A program made the position numbers and the translations under genes. A model generated the notes under the pieces. The model saw only the letters and a program-made list of their open reading frames with translations. It ran no database searches and had not been told where the DNA came from. 64,000 nucleotides of DNA. Source: Macrostomum lignano. Its lineage: Eukaryota. The stretch covers positions 930,001-994,000 of the forward strand of contig NIVC01000412.1 in NCBI GenBank assembly GCA_002269645.1, written 5' to 3'. Below are positions 11,854 to 23,529 of the stretch, one piece after another (position 1 is the stretch's first letter; each line of letters begins with the position of its first letter).

Positions 11854-12380
11854 GATAAAAGGTTGGTGGGCTACCCTCAAAGGGGCGCGGTACCCACCCG
11901 GCCGCTCCACCTGACCGGGCAGTAGGCCAATAGCACCCTCAAGGCTGGCCCGACACCAGGAGGGGGACCGCTTGCGACCGGACTACTCCCCGGCCTTCCA
12001 GCCCATCGGCACGGTCAACACCTTAGGCATTAGAGAGTACGTTGAGCAGTACCACGGCCTGCAGGTTGGCGAGCCAGACCCGCATACCCAAATTCGGCCG
12101 AAGCCACTGGATAGGGTCGCCAGCGCCGGAGCCCAGTCTGTCCAGCAGCCCTAGGGACTGCCTTGAACACACGCGGGGACGAGTACCCTGGGTCGACTTG
12201 CGAGACAGCGTGGGGGGGGGTCTGCGGCTGCCAGAGGCAAATAGAGGGTGCAGACCTCCCACCAGCCTTGACCTGCTGAAGATAGGGGCAGGCGTGAAGC
12301 ATCGCAGACCTTAGCCCATGGGCCTAGTCTGTCTCATACTTCACTGGCATGCTGAATACGCCTTCGCGTGCAAAAAAAAA

Positions 12381-13130
12381 AGCGTCATGTAAAAAATCAT
12401 AGAAGCGTCATGTAAACAATCATAGAAGCGTCATGTAAACAATCATAGAAGCGTCATGTAAAAAATCTTAGAAGCGTCATTTAAAAAATCATAGAAGCGT
12501 CATGTAAACAATCATAGAAGCGTCATGAAAAAATCATAGAAGCGTCATGTAAAAAATCATAGAAGCGTCATGAAAAAATCATAGAAGCGTCATGTAAAAA
12601 ATCATAGAAGCGTTGTGTAAACAATCATAGAAGCGTCATGTGAAAAATCATAGAAGCGCCATGTAAAAAAGCATAGAAGCGTCATGTAAAGAATCATAGA
12701 AGCGCCATGTAAAAAATCATAGAAGCGCCATGTAAAAAATCATAGAAGCGTCATGTAAACAATCATGAAAGCGTCATGTAAAAAATCATCAAAGCGTCAG
12801 TTAAAAAATCATAGAAGCGCCATGTAAAAAATCATATAAGCGTCATATAAAAAATCATATAAGCGTCATGTAAACAATCATAGAAGCGTCATGTAAAAAA
12901 TCATAGAAGCGTCATGTAAAAAATCATAGAAGTGTCATGTAAACAATCATAGAAGCGTCATGAAAAAATCATAGGAGCGTCATGTAAAAAATCAAAGAAG
13001 CGTCATGTAAAAAATCATAGAAGCGTCATGAAAAAGTCATAGAAGCGTCATGTAAAAAATCATAGAAGCGTCATGTAAAAAATCATAGAAGCGTCATGTA
13101 AACAATCATGAAAGCGTCATGTAAAAAATC
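12381..13130. repeat. 23-bp satellite, right part (same array as 4826-6466)
   Basis: The same unit resumes right after the A10 tract; the variant gcgtcagtt is shared with the left part. Confidence 0.97.
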
Positions 13131-13139
13131 ATACTGACA

Positions 13140-14208
13140 TAAAAAATCAAGTGACAATAAAAAATGTCAGACATGAAAGAAGTGTCATGTAAAAATTAAA
13201 TGAAGCCATCGTGCTGTGCTGGGGAGAATTACTAAGATGTCAAGGCTCTCAGAGAATAACTGAGATTACGGGGGGGGGGGTTTCTGAGATGTCAAAGCAA
13301 AAGTACATGTACTTTACTCAATTTTTTTATAACATTCTTTGTTGGCTCGCCACGGGGGGGGGCGCTGATAGAAGAAGAGTCATGTAAAAAAGAAAAGAAG
13401 CACTATGTATACATAAAAGAAGAGTCATGTCGAAGTTAAAAGATTCATTTGGGAATTGCCACAATGTCAAGGCTTGGAGGGAATTGCTATAGTGCTGTGA
13501 TTCTTGAAGAAAGAATCACTAAATTGTCAAGGCTTAGGGGAGAAGAATTGCTGTGATTTCAAGGCTTTTATAGGTTGGGTTAAAGTTAGGTTTAGGTCAG
13601 GTTTGGGTTGAGGGTTAGATTTTAGCGGGTTTCAAGGTTAACAGGGGATTTTTCAGATATCAAGGTTTATGCGGGGCATTGCTGACATGTCAAGGCTTAT
13701 AGGGGAATAGCTGAGATGTCAAGGCTCATGGGGGAATAAATGAGATGTCAAGGCTAAAGTCAGAAGCTACATGTATTCTATTGAAAACTTTTTTCATTAT
13801 TTGTTGGCTCCTCACGGGAGGGATTGCTGATAGAAAAAGTGTAATGTAAAAAATAAAAGAAGCTTCATGTCGAAGTTAAGAGATTCATTTGGGAATCCCT
13901 ACGATGTCGAGGCTTGCAGGGAATCGCTATAATGCTGTAGTGCTATAATGACTGTTTGAGAGAATTACTGAAATGTCAATGCTTTAGGGTTAGGGTTAGG
14001 GTTAGAAGGTTGACAGATTTTTTAAGATTGCAAGGCTTATGGGGCATTGCTAAGATGTCAAGGGGGTTGATATGCTAAGGCTTGTGGGGGGATTTTCTGA
14101 CATGTCAAGGCTTACAAGGTACAATGCAAAGAGACGCTTATATGTAGTTTATTAAAAAAACTTGTACTGCATTTTTTTGGCTCCCCAACGGGGGGCGCTG
14201 ATTGCTAG
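13140..14208 (+). mobile_element. Helitron-like non-autonomous units in tandem, with 3' terminus at 14208
   Basis: 7-bp GC hairpin gctcccc-aac-ggggggc, 8-nt spacer, CTAG, then T. Two degenerate copies of this end lie at about 13344-13372 and 13805-13833. Internal tgagatgtcaaggct repeats and TTAGGG x3. Confidence 0.7.
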
Positions 14209-14799
14209 TCCCATATACTAAAAATGAAATGTCTGTAGCTATGCGATAGATTTCAGAAAAATTGGCTCAACCGATTTTCTTCAAACTTGCACCATTTGAT
14301 CAGAAATTTTCCTGGGACGGTACATGCATCTTGGCTAAGAAATTGCTCAATGTTAAAGGGATTAAATGTTCGAAAAACATGCTTTTTTGCAAAGGTCAAG
14401 CCAAATTTTCGACTTGAAATGCATTGTAAGAATGCTAGAGAAAAAACTGACTGACTGAATTCCAATTGTGATAAAGATTGCATCACAACAAGTTGAAAAC
14501 AGTGCCGAAGAAATGCACACACGACTTGATTTAAATTGCGTAACCATATTGCTAACTTGAATTGAGACTGATACTGGCTGACTGAGAAATTGATTATGTC
14601 ATAACTTTTTACTCCAATTGACTTGCTGTAAGAATTGAATTATAAGGGCCACAATTCATGTTCTCCAATTGAAAAGAGATGGCCTGATGCGAACAGACTG
14701 GAATGCTAATGTAGCGACCTGGGTTCGAATCTTAGTAGTACAAAAAGATTTTTTTTATTAAAACACCTTAAAAACACAACAAAACTGCTAAACATCAAA

Positions 14800-17272
14800 G
14801 AAGCGCAATGTCAAACATAGAAGAGCCAACATATCGAACATAAAAGAGTTACCATATCAAATATAGAAGAGCCACCATGTCGAACATTAAAGAGCCACCA
14901 TGTAGAATATTGAAGAGCCACCATGAAGAACATTAAAGAGCCACCATGTCAAACATTTAGAAGGTTCCATGTCAAAGATTTAAGGGCCACCATGTCAAAC
15001 ATTTAAGAGCCACCCTGTCAAACATAAAAGAGCCACCATGTCAAACATGAAAGAGCCACCATGTCGAACATAAAAGAGCCACCATGTCAAACATAAAAGA
15101 GCCGCCATGTCAAACATAAAAGAGCCACCATGTCAAACATGAAAGAGCCACCATGTCAAACATAAAAGAGCCACCATGTCGAACATAAAAGAGCCACCAT
15201 GTCAAACATAAAAGAGCCACCATTTCGAACATTAAAGAGCCACCATTTCGAACATTAAAGAGCCACCATTTTGAACATTTAAGAGCCACCATGTCAAACA
15301 ATTAGAAGCCACCATGTCAAACATTAAAGAGCCACCATGTCGAACATTTAAGAGCCACCATTTCGAACATTAAAGAGCCACCATGTCGAACATTAAAGAG
15401 CCACCATGTCAAACATTTAAGAGCCACCATGTCAAACATTAAAGAGCCACTTTGTCGAACATTAAAGAGCCACCATGTTAAACATAAAAGAGCCACCATG
15501 TCGAACATAAAAGAGCCACCATGTCAAACATAAAGAACCACCATGTCAAACATTTAGGAGCCAGCATGTCAAACATATATGTGACTTTATGTCAAACATT
15601 AAAGAGTTACCATTTCAAACCTTAAAAAGCCACTATGTCGAACATTAAAGAGCCACCATGTCTAACATAAAAGAGCTATACCATGAAGAACATTAAAGAG
15701 CCACCATGTGGAACATAAAAGAGCCACCATGTAGAATATTAAAGAGCCAACATGTCAAACATTTAAGAGCCACCATGTCGAACATTAAAGAGCCACTATG
15801 TCAAACATTTAAGAGCCACCATGTCGAACATTAAAGAGCCACCATGTGAAACATTAAGGAGCCACCATTTCGAACATTAAAGAGCCACCATTTCGAACAT
15901 TAAAGAGCCACCATGTCGAACATTAAAGAGCCACCATGTAAAACATTAAAGAGCCACATTGTTAAACATAAAAGAGCCATTATGTCGTACATTAAAGAGC
16001 CACCATGTAAAACATTAAAGAGCCGCCATGTCAAAACATAAAAGTGCCATCATGTCAAACCAAAAAGACCCACCATGTCTAACAGAAAAGAGCCACCATG
16101 TCAAACATAAATCTGGCATGATGTCAAACATTAAAGTGCCACCATATCGAACATTAAAGAGCCACCATGTCGAACATTAAAGGGCCACCATGTAGAACAT
16201 AAAAGAGCCACCATGTCGAACATTAAAGAACCACCATGTTGAACATTAAAGAGCCACCATGTCAAACCTAAAAGAGCCACCATGTCGAACATTAAAGAGC
16301 CACCATGTCAAACATAAATCTGGCATGATGTCAAACATTAAAGTGCCACCATATCGAACATTAAAGAGCCACCATGTCTAACAGTAAAGAGCCACCATGT
16401 CGAACATTAAAGGGCCACCATGTAGAACATTAAAGAACCACCATGTCGAATATTAAAGAGCCACCATGTCAAACCTAAAAGAGCCACCAAGTCGAACATT
16501 AAAGAGCCACCATGTCAAACATAAATCTGGCATGATGTCAAACATTAAAGTGCCACCATATCGAACATTAAAGAGCCAACATGTCAAACCTAAAAGAGCC
16601 ACCATGTCGAACATTAAAGAGCCACCATGTCAAACATAAATCTGGCATGATGTCAAACATTAAAGTGCCACCATATCGAACATTAAAGAGCCACCATGTC
16701 TAACAGTAAAGAGCCACCATGTCGAACATTAAAGGGCCACCATGTAGAACATTAAAGAACCACCATGTCGAATATTAAAGAGCCACCATGTCAAACCTAA
16801 AAGAGCCACCAAGTCGAACATTAAAGAGCCACCATGTCAAACATAAATCTGGCATGATGTCAAACATTAAAGTGCCACCATATCGAACATTAAAGAGCCA
16901 ACATGTCAAACCTAAAAGAGCCACCATGTCGAACATTAAAGAGCCACCATGTCAAAAATAGAAGAGCCACCATGTCAAACATAGAAGAGCCACCATGTCT
17001 AACATTAAAGAGCCACTATGTCGAACATTAAAGAGCCACTATGTCTGACATTAAAGAGCCACCATGTCGAACATTAAAGAACCACCATGTCGAACATTAA
17101 AGAGCCACCATGTAAAACATTAAAGAGCCACATTGTTAAACATAGAAGAGCCACCATGTCTAACATTAAAGAACCACCATGTCAAACATTAAAGAGCCAC
17201 CATGTCTAACATTAAAGAGCCACCATGTCTAACATTAAAGAGCCACCATGTCTAACAGTAAAAAGCCACCAT
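14800..17272. repeat. 23-bp satellite (aacattaaagagccaccatgtcg)
   Basis: Visible array; the variant aatctggcatgatgtc recurs five times between about 16110 and 16860, indicating higher-order structure. Confidence 0.97.
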
Positions 17273-17274
17273 GT

Positions 17275-17795
17275 CGCCTGCTATCTGGGGGTGCTTGCTA
17301 TCTGGGAGAGCCTGCTATCTGGGGGTGCTTGCTATCTGGTGGTGCTTGCTATCTGGAGGTGCTTGCTATCTGGGGGTGCCTGCTATCTGGGGGTGCCTGC
17401 TATCTGGGGGTGCTAGCTATCTGGTGGTGCTTGCTATCTGGGGGTGCTTGCTATCTGGGGTGCTTGCTATCTGGGGGTGCTTGCTATCTGGGGTCGCTTG
17501 CTATCTGGGGGTGCTTGCTATCTGGGGGTGCTTGCTATCTGGGGTGCTTGCTATCTGGGAGATGCTTGCTATCTGGGGGGTGCCTGCTATCTGGGGGGTG
17601 CTTGGTATCTGGGGTCGCTTGCTATCTGGGGGTGCTTGCTATCTGGGGGTGCTTGCTATCTGGGGTGCTTGCTATCTGGGGATGCTTGCTATCTGGGGGT
17701 GCCTGCTATCTGGGGGTGCTTGCTATCTGGGGGGATGCTTGCTATCTGGGGGGTGCTTGCTATCTGGGGGGTGCCTGCTATCTGGGGGTATGCTT
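17275..17795. repeat. 17-bp minisatellite (gggtgcttgctatctgg)
   Basis: Visible array directly abutting the 23-bp array. Confidence 0.95.
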
Positions 17796-17917
17796 GCTGT
17801 CTTAGGATGTTTTCTTTTTGCATTGCACTTCATCTGAGCAGTTTTTCTATTGACTTTGTGAAGGCTTTGTTTGGCCATCTTATTGATACTTGTAGAGAAC
17901 AGAGATTCTATCTAGAT

Positions 17918-17946
17918 GTCCCCCATCGGGGGGCGAAGATTGCTAG
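17918..17946 (+). mobile_element. Helitron-like 3' terminus
   Basis: gtccccc-atc-ggggggc hairpin, 8-nt spacer, CTAG, then T; same geometry as at 14180-14208. Confidence 0.65.
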
Positions 17947-19315
17947 TTTGTATACTAAAATTTAGATGTAGATACAGATTATCATTTTGCAGAATCAACA
18001 GAGATATAATAGCAGAGGAAAAAATATAGATTTGTTTGGTCAAGACATTGATTTGTATTTTGCTTTATTTTTTTAGATAAATTGTTTTCATTCAAAATTA
18101 TTGTGAATAATGATAGAAAATATTTTTTTCCATTTAAAAAAAACTAATCATAATGAGAAAATTATTGAAAGATTTACATATATAGAATCTGTTAAATTGT
18201 GACAGAAGAGACTACTTAGGCATGGTAAACTATCCCGTCACTCACTAGAATTGGTCTACCTATGATGGAGTTTTCTATTTGGCACAATGGTTTCTAATTT
18301 TGGCATTAAAAACAAAAACCTGAATATATTTATAAGATTTTAGCACACCAAATATATATGCTAATAAAATCTGAAAGGCTAAAGTATACGAAAAATTGAC
18401 ATATAGAAAACCTTGACAGTAGGCAAGTCAAATAAATAGACAAGCAATCATCCATTTCATGCTTAGAGTTATACTAGAGGAAAATTGATCAATATTCATC
18501 AGTATGCTACAAGCCGTAGACTTAAGCTGCTGTCTACCTAACTTAATAGACGAATTCAAAATATAGCATAAAAACAATTAATAAAAATGAAACTATATGA
18601 TTTTGTATAGGAGTTTTTCATCTTAAAAGGTTTTGATATTTCCATTTATAGTTAAATCATTAACTTATAGATATATAAAAATGTTATAAGCATATAAACT
18701 TTTTACATTATAGACTAAATTCTAGAATTTTAACTTTGTTAAATTATTTTATACCAATGATAAAACATGATGTTATTTAAATTCTCCATTTTAAAATAAG
18801 TAATGGCTATAATACCATGCCAAAAATAATATTTAGTTGTTTTTCATGCTAGACATTATGCTAATCTATTTATTTTTATCAACTCTTATACTAGGTATTT
18901 ATGCCAATGCTACTCATAATTTTTTTCAAGACTTACTTTGGAGATTTCTAGCATAACTATAATGAATTAGACAATGGCACAAAAGCCATAATCTAGATCA
19001 TATAATTTGTACCAGAAATTTTTAGAAGTCAAAATTACCTTGGCATAGTTGGCATAGAAAATTCTATATTATTCTCCTTTTATAATTTGCATAAGATTAG
19101 CAAAATTGGCATGAGTAAGCTAGTAAAAAATTAATAAAGTAACAATTTTACAAACAAACTTCTATGGGAGAATGTGCTAATGTGCTATTACTTAAAGAAG
19201 AGAGATTTTTAGATACCAAGGTATATATAGATATATATACCTAGATATATTAATCTATCAAAGATAGATAGCCATAAAGAATAGCTAATAGCTATAGCTA
19301 TACTCTCTCATGTCA

Positions 19316-19592
19316 GGAGACTATAGCCGCTTAGTCTAGTGCAGTGCTCTTTTGTACCAGCAGCCTAGGCTCAATTCCAAGTGCAGTCACATCACATTAA
19401 TTTGGGGCTAAATTGAAATCTCAGCATGTCTAATGATAATAAAGTTAGGACTGCTAGATATTACTGTGTGAGTGTGTGCCTGTGCATATGACTGCATACA
19501 TATCCATGTGCTTGTGTGCCTGCTCAGCAGAGTCAGCAGAATAGACAGTAATGCCTCTTGCTGGTTGTGTGACAATGTTGCTTAAAGTGCTA
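19316..19592 (+). mobile_element. Degenerate tRNA-derived SINE (same family as 32734-33092)
   Basis: Collinear with the younger copy (ccaagtgcagtcacat, taatttggggct, gtgtgagtgtgtgcctg, cagtaatgcctct, gcttaaagtgc), with an internal deletion and CpG decay. Confidence 0.85.
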
Positions 19593-19793
19593 TCTCCTAA
19601 GTTATTTATATAGAATAACTTTAAGTTACTATAGAAGTGAAAGTAGATTTCTATGAGATTCAATTCTAGAAATAGAATCCAATAAGATCTATATTCAAAT
19701 GCCAAGTGTACTTTTAAAGCTATACTTGTCAAGATAATTAACTTGATCACATAAGTAGTCTACCCTAACGAACCCAATTCATTCCCTCCATAG

Positions 19794-20202
19794 TCCAATT
19801 CCGCGACCCGAACAACATCAGCATAACGGTGCGCAACATGTCACTTAACCTGGTTGACTGCAACGCCAGTCCACCGCAGCCTGCGGCTGTCAAAAAACTC
19901 CTGAACGATGTTGTCAGCGCCAGCCTCAATGTTGAGCCCCTGACAACCAGCATTAGCAACGGAATGTACGAGATCACCTATCAGGCTAACACGCCTTGGT
20001 TCGACGCCTACAGAGACTGTCTATTGGCCAACATTCCCCCCTCTGAGCACGAATTTCTCGGCCATTGCCTCGGCTGCGTGATGGCGGTGAGCTCCAGTCA
20101 CCCGGATCCGCTAGACTGCTTTGCCAAATTAACTAATCAGCAACTGATGCTGCAGCAGCAGGTTAATAGGCAGCCTAGGTGGCTGTGTTCTCAGGTGCTC
20201 AA
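19794..20202 (+). CDS. TRAPPC8: TRAPPC8 coding exon 2
   Basis: Acceptor ccatag; reads VQFRDPNN..PPQPAAVKKLLNDVVS..TPWFDAYRDCLL..SEHEFLGH..PRWLCSQVLK. GTGAGT donor at 20203, phase 2. Confidence 0.93.
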
Positions 20203-20294
20203 GTGAGTGCTTTGTGTGTTAACTAATGCCAGAGATTTTGTCTGGATCTTGCTACTCTGATCTTCTGGTCTGATCTGATTTCTGGGCCAGACTC

Positions 20295-20690
20295 CCAGAG
20301 TGTCAGTTGCTGGGTTAGCCTCCCAGATCCTCAGTTGCTAGGCCAGCCTCCCAGATCCTCAGTTGCTAGGCCAGCCTCCCAGATCCTCAGTTGCTGGGTT
20401 AGCCTCCCAGATCCTCAGTTGCTAGGCCAGCCTCCCAGATCCTCAATTGCTGGGCCAGCCTCCCAGATCCTCAGTTGCTGGGCCAGCCTCCCAGATCCTC
20501 AGTTGCTGGGCCAGCCTCCCAGATCCTCAGTTGCTGGGCCAGCCTCCCAGATCCTCAGTTGCTGGGCCAGTCTCCCAGATCCTCAGTTGCTGGGCCAGCC
20601 TCCCAGATCCTCAGTTGCTGGGCCAGCCTCCCAGATCTTCAGTTGCTGTGCCAGCCTCCCAGATCCTCAGTTGCTGGGCCAGCGTCCCGC
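20295..20690. repeat. 28-bp minisatellite (cctcagttgctgggccagcctcccagat)
   Basis: About 14 copies; the same unit recurs at about 22497-22565 and 51565-51750. Confidence 0.95.
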
Positions 20691-20704
20691 TGGCTGGTAA
20701 GTTT

Positions 20705-22499
20705 CCCGCTGGGATCCAACTCAGATTGTCATCCGACAGTCGACTGACGAAAATCAACACGATTTATCTACGATTTTCATCTTTGTCCGACTTTCAACGA
20801 TGAAAAAGGGTGGGGAAAACGGTTCGAAATTTATCTTTAACCCGACATTGTCTCTATTTTGTCGATCGATTCCTCAAAATCAAACCGAATTCGTCGCTGA
20901 CTCGCCGATTTTCGGTCAAAACCGTAGCGACAAGTCAGACTTTCGCTCGAAATAACTCCCGACATTCGTCCGCCACTTACTTGTAGATAAAAACAATCCG
21001 TTTGGGCAATAAAAGACTCAAGGGTGTCTTAAGACTGTGAGACATTGATTGCTAAAAGACTCAACAAGCGAACGAAAAATAACCACTAAATAGTGGACCA
21101 TACATTACGATAAAATTGGCAGCTGAAAACATGGCAGTACAGGAGGCGCACAAAAGTACTAATCATAGCCATACACTGCCATCAATTATTCACAGATTAA
21201 CATGTCATGTGTAAGACATGCTAAATCTGTATCTGACTGAGCGGCTAACTAAGCGGAACAACTTTGTCGACTGCGGCCTGCAAGCTAGAGAATGCAATTA
21301 CTCAGTGCAAAATTTAAAAACAGTTCGATCATGAATAGTGCAGTTGTCAGATTCATAAGAATGAAAGTTTGTGATGTTGTACGCTCGTATAGCTGAAACA
21401 ATTTTAAGCAAATACGACTTTTAAACTGCTGGGCAAGCTCCGGCTCCTGGGGGTTAGCGCATGTATTCTTCCTAGGACCCAATCGGATCAGGAAAATTAT
21501 CTAGTTCCATGTCTTTATCGGTACCTGCAGTACGCTGCTGAAGGGCCTGTATCTCACGCTGAGTGTCGCCAATTGCTGTGAAGCACGCTGAAGTTCTCTG
21601 CAAATTGAAGAGGGCCAGATAGCACACAGCCCAGCTCGGCTTGGGCTAGCCAAGTACATACCAAGCCCAGCTTCCATTTTCGCCTTTAATTGAACAAGGC
21701 TATCAATGCCAAAGTTGGCGTCATTGACTTCTTTGAAGCTTGTGCATCATCGACTTCTTCGAGAGGCAGAAGCGTCAAGACCCTTGTAGTTTGTTGAGGT
21801 TGTTTCTCGACTGTTGTATCGTTGGTGGTCAGCGTAATGATGCGGTCTTTTGAGCACGTGTCTGAATCCGATTTTGTCAGCAGGTTCTGCAATTCGAAAG
21901 GATAAATTAATAGTTTTTTTCACTGATAACACTAATAACTTTTTAAATAAATCTAACGACAATCTGAATCGATATTGGAATCAATAAATAAAAATATCTG
22001 TTCAAGCAATGAAGAAAATTTTAATGTTTTCACGAAGTTTCAAAGCAAGAACACTTAGCACAGGGTGTTCCAGTGACATATCTATTCAATAGATAGAGCT
22101 GCTATTGTAAAAGCCAATTCCTAGTCTTTCAGATGAGTATTAATGGACGAGAAAATTTTAAAATGCGACCTGTCACTATACCATTTCTTACATCTGAAAT
22201 TAGGATTGGATTAGCATGTTGCTTGTCAATAACAACGCACTGTTATTTGGAGCAGCTTCAGAAAAAAATAAGTTATTTTTGGATTACTATAAAAAGTAGC
22301 ACGAACATTTAAAAACTGATTTACAACATGCTAGGTTATAAATCGAGTGACAGCTACTCTACGTTTTACTTGACCCAGGTAACAAAAAATATAATCAGTT
22401 ATAGCTCAATTTCAATGGTTTGAATTGGATGGATCGATGAATCAATGGATCGATAATGCTCCGACAGGTTGCAAAAGGTCGGAGTTGGAGCCCAACAGG
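20705..22499. mobile_element. Possible decayed DNA transposon with diverged TIRs
   Basis: The left end cccgctgggatccaactcaga matches the reverse complement of the right end (cctgttgggctccaactccga) at 17/21 positions, and the element separates two parts of the 28-bp array. No TSD or transposase was recognised. Confidence 0.4.
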
Positions 22500-22680
22500 T
22501 GCTGGGCCAGCCTCCCAGATCCCCAGTTGCCGAGCCAGCCTCCCAGATCCTGAGTTGCTGGGGCCATCCTTTTAGATTCTCAGGGGTTGCTAGGCCTCCA
22601 TTCCAGACCCTCAGTCCTCAGTATCCAAGGGCGAGCATGTTCCTGAAGCCACGTCAGCAGCACTGCAACCCCAATCGCAG

Positions 22681-23467
22681 GTACTACGTGCTGATTCACG
22701 ACAGCCTAGAAGGCGACCAGCAGCGGGCGGACTCCACCCTCACCGCCATGCGCAGCACATACGGTGCCGCCGCCTGTCACCTGTTGCTCATCAACTCCAG
22801 GCCGGCGCACCTGCAGTCGGAGAGTAGCGGTGGCGCCCCCGCTCCGCCAGATCCGTGGGCTCAGCACCTGCCGCCATCCCGCCAGCTGCCGGCCAGTCAG
22901 CAACATCAGCATCAGTTTCACCAGCAGCAGCATCAGGTTGTTCAAGAGGCTTCATCGCCTACAGATCAGCAGCCGCCGCAGCATCCGCTCGACTACGGCT
23001 GGTCGTCAACCGATTCCGGCGACGTCGCTGGACCCGACGGTGGCGTCGGAGGCGGTGCGCCGGGCGGCGGCGTCGTCGGTCACGGCGCCTGGCTGAGCGC
23101 CGACGATCACAACCGACTGCGAGTGATGATTCTGGAGCTGGTCAACCGGGCTCTGATGCCGTGGGTTGAGAAGACTCTAAAGCTGTTAAACGAACAGATT
23201 GCGTCGAGAATGCGTGGCAAAGGATTCCTCGGTGGCGCTAAAAAATGGTTCTCGGTTGGCGGCGGCGGCGGCAGCGGCGGTAGCGGCAGCGGCGGCGGCG
23301 CCGGTAAAAGCGGCGGTCAGCATGCCGGCTCTGCCGGAGCCTCGTCGGTGGTGTACTCAAGCGACGCTCCGGAGCTGCAGTTGCGCCGGTACGCGGATTT
23401 GGCGTTCCTGTTCCAGCAGTACGAAGTGGCGCACCAGGCTTACCAGCAGCTGAAGAAGGATTTTCAG
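22681..23467 (+). CDS. TRAPPC8: TRAPPC8 coding exon 3
   Basis: Acceptor tcgcag; reads KYYVLIHD..LLLINSR..PDPWAQHL..HGAWLSADDHNRLR..AKKWFS..APELQLRRYADLAFLFQQYEVA..KKDFQ. Donor at 23468, phase 0. Confidence 0.93.
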
Positions 23468-23529
23468 GTTGATTTATAACTATGATTTATAATTGCGGCT
23501 AGTACTCTCAAGTCCAATCTAAAATACGC

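Larger units (their letters stand above)
6473..12300 (-). mobile_element. Full-length non-LTR retrotransposon, APE-RT-RNaseH type (R1/LOA/I group, most like LOA/Lian)
   Basis: Two intact ORFs on the - strand, GC-rich relative to the host intron. The 3' end is (A)nGTC repeats; a 9-bp direct repeat atcgcagac lies at 6464-6472 and 12301-12309. The 5' end may extend to 12380. Confidence 0.93.

Noticed and set aside
6473-12314. Many overlapping + strand and alternate-frame ORFs in the retrotransposon
   Set aside because: Expected shadows of GC-rich ORF1/ORF2; no independent motifs.
12180-12380. HDV-like ribozyme at the LINE 5' end (known in some R1/LOA-group elements); candidate L3 TTCACGC and J4/2-like GCTAA on the - strand
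   Set aside because: The flanks of TTCACGC (TGC/CTG) do not form P3, and the GCTAA/P2 order does not fit the HDV topology. A covariance-model search would be needed to exclude it fully.
14690-14740. tRNA-like B box gggttcgaatc
   Set aside because: No cloverleaf or intact A box; at most a decayed SINE head.
15110-17965. Cys/Trp-rich repetitive ORFs; also those at 32013-32733, 37400-37925, 42074-42732, 45833-46822 and 49995-51338
   Set aside because: Stop-free frames through tandem arrays whose period equals the DNA unit; no domain content.
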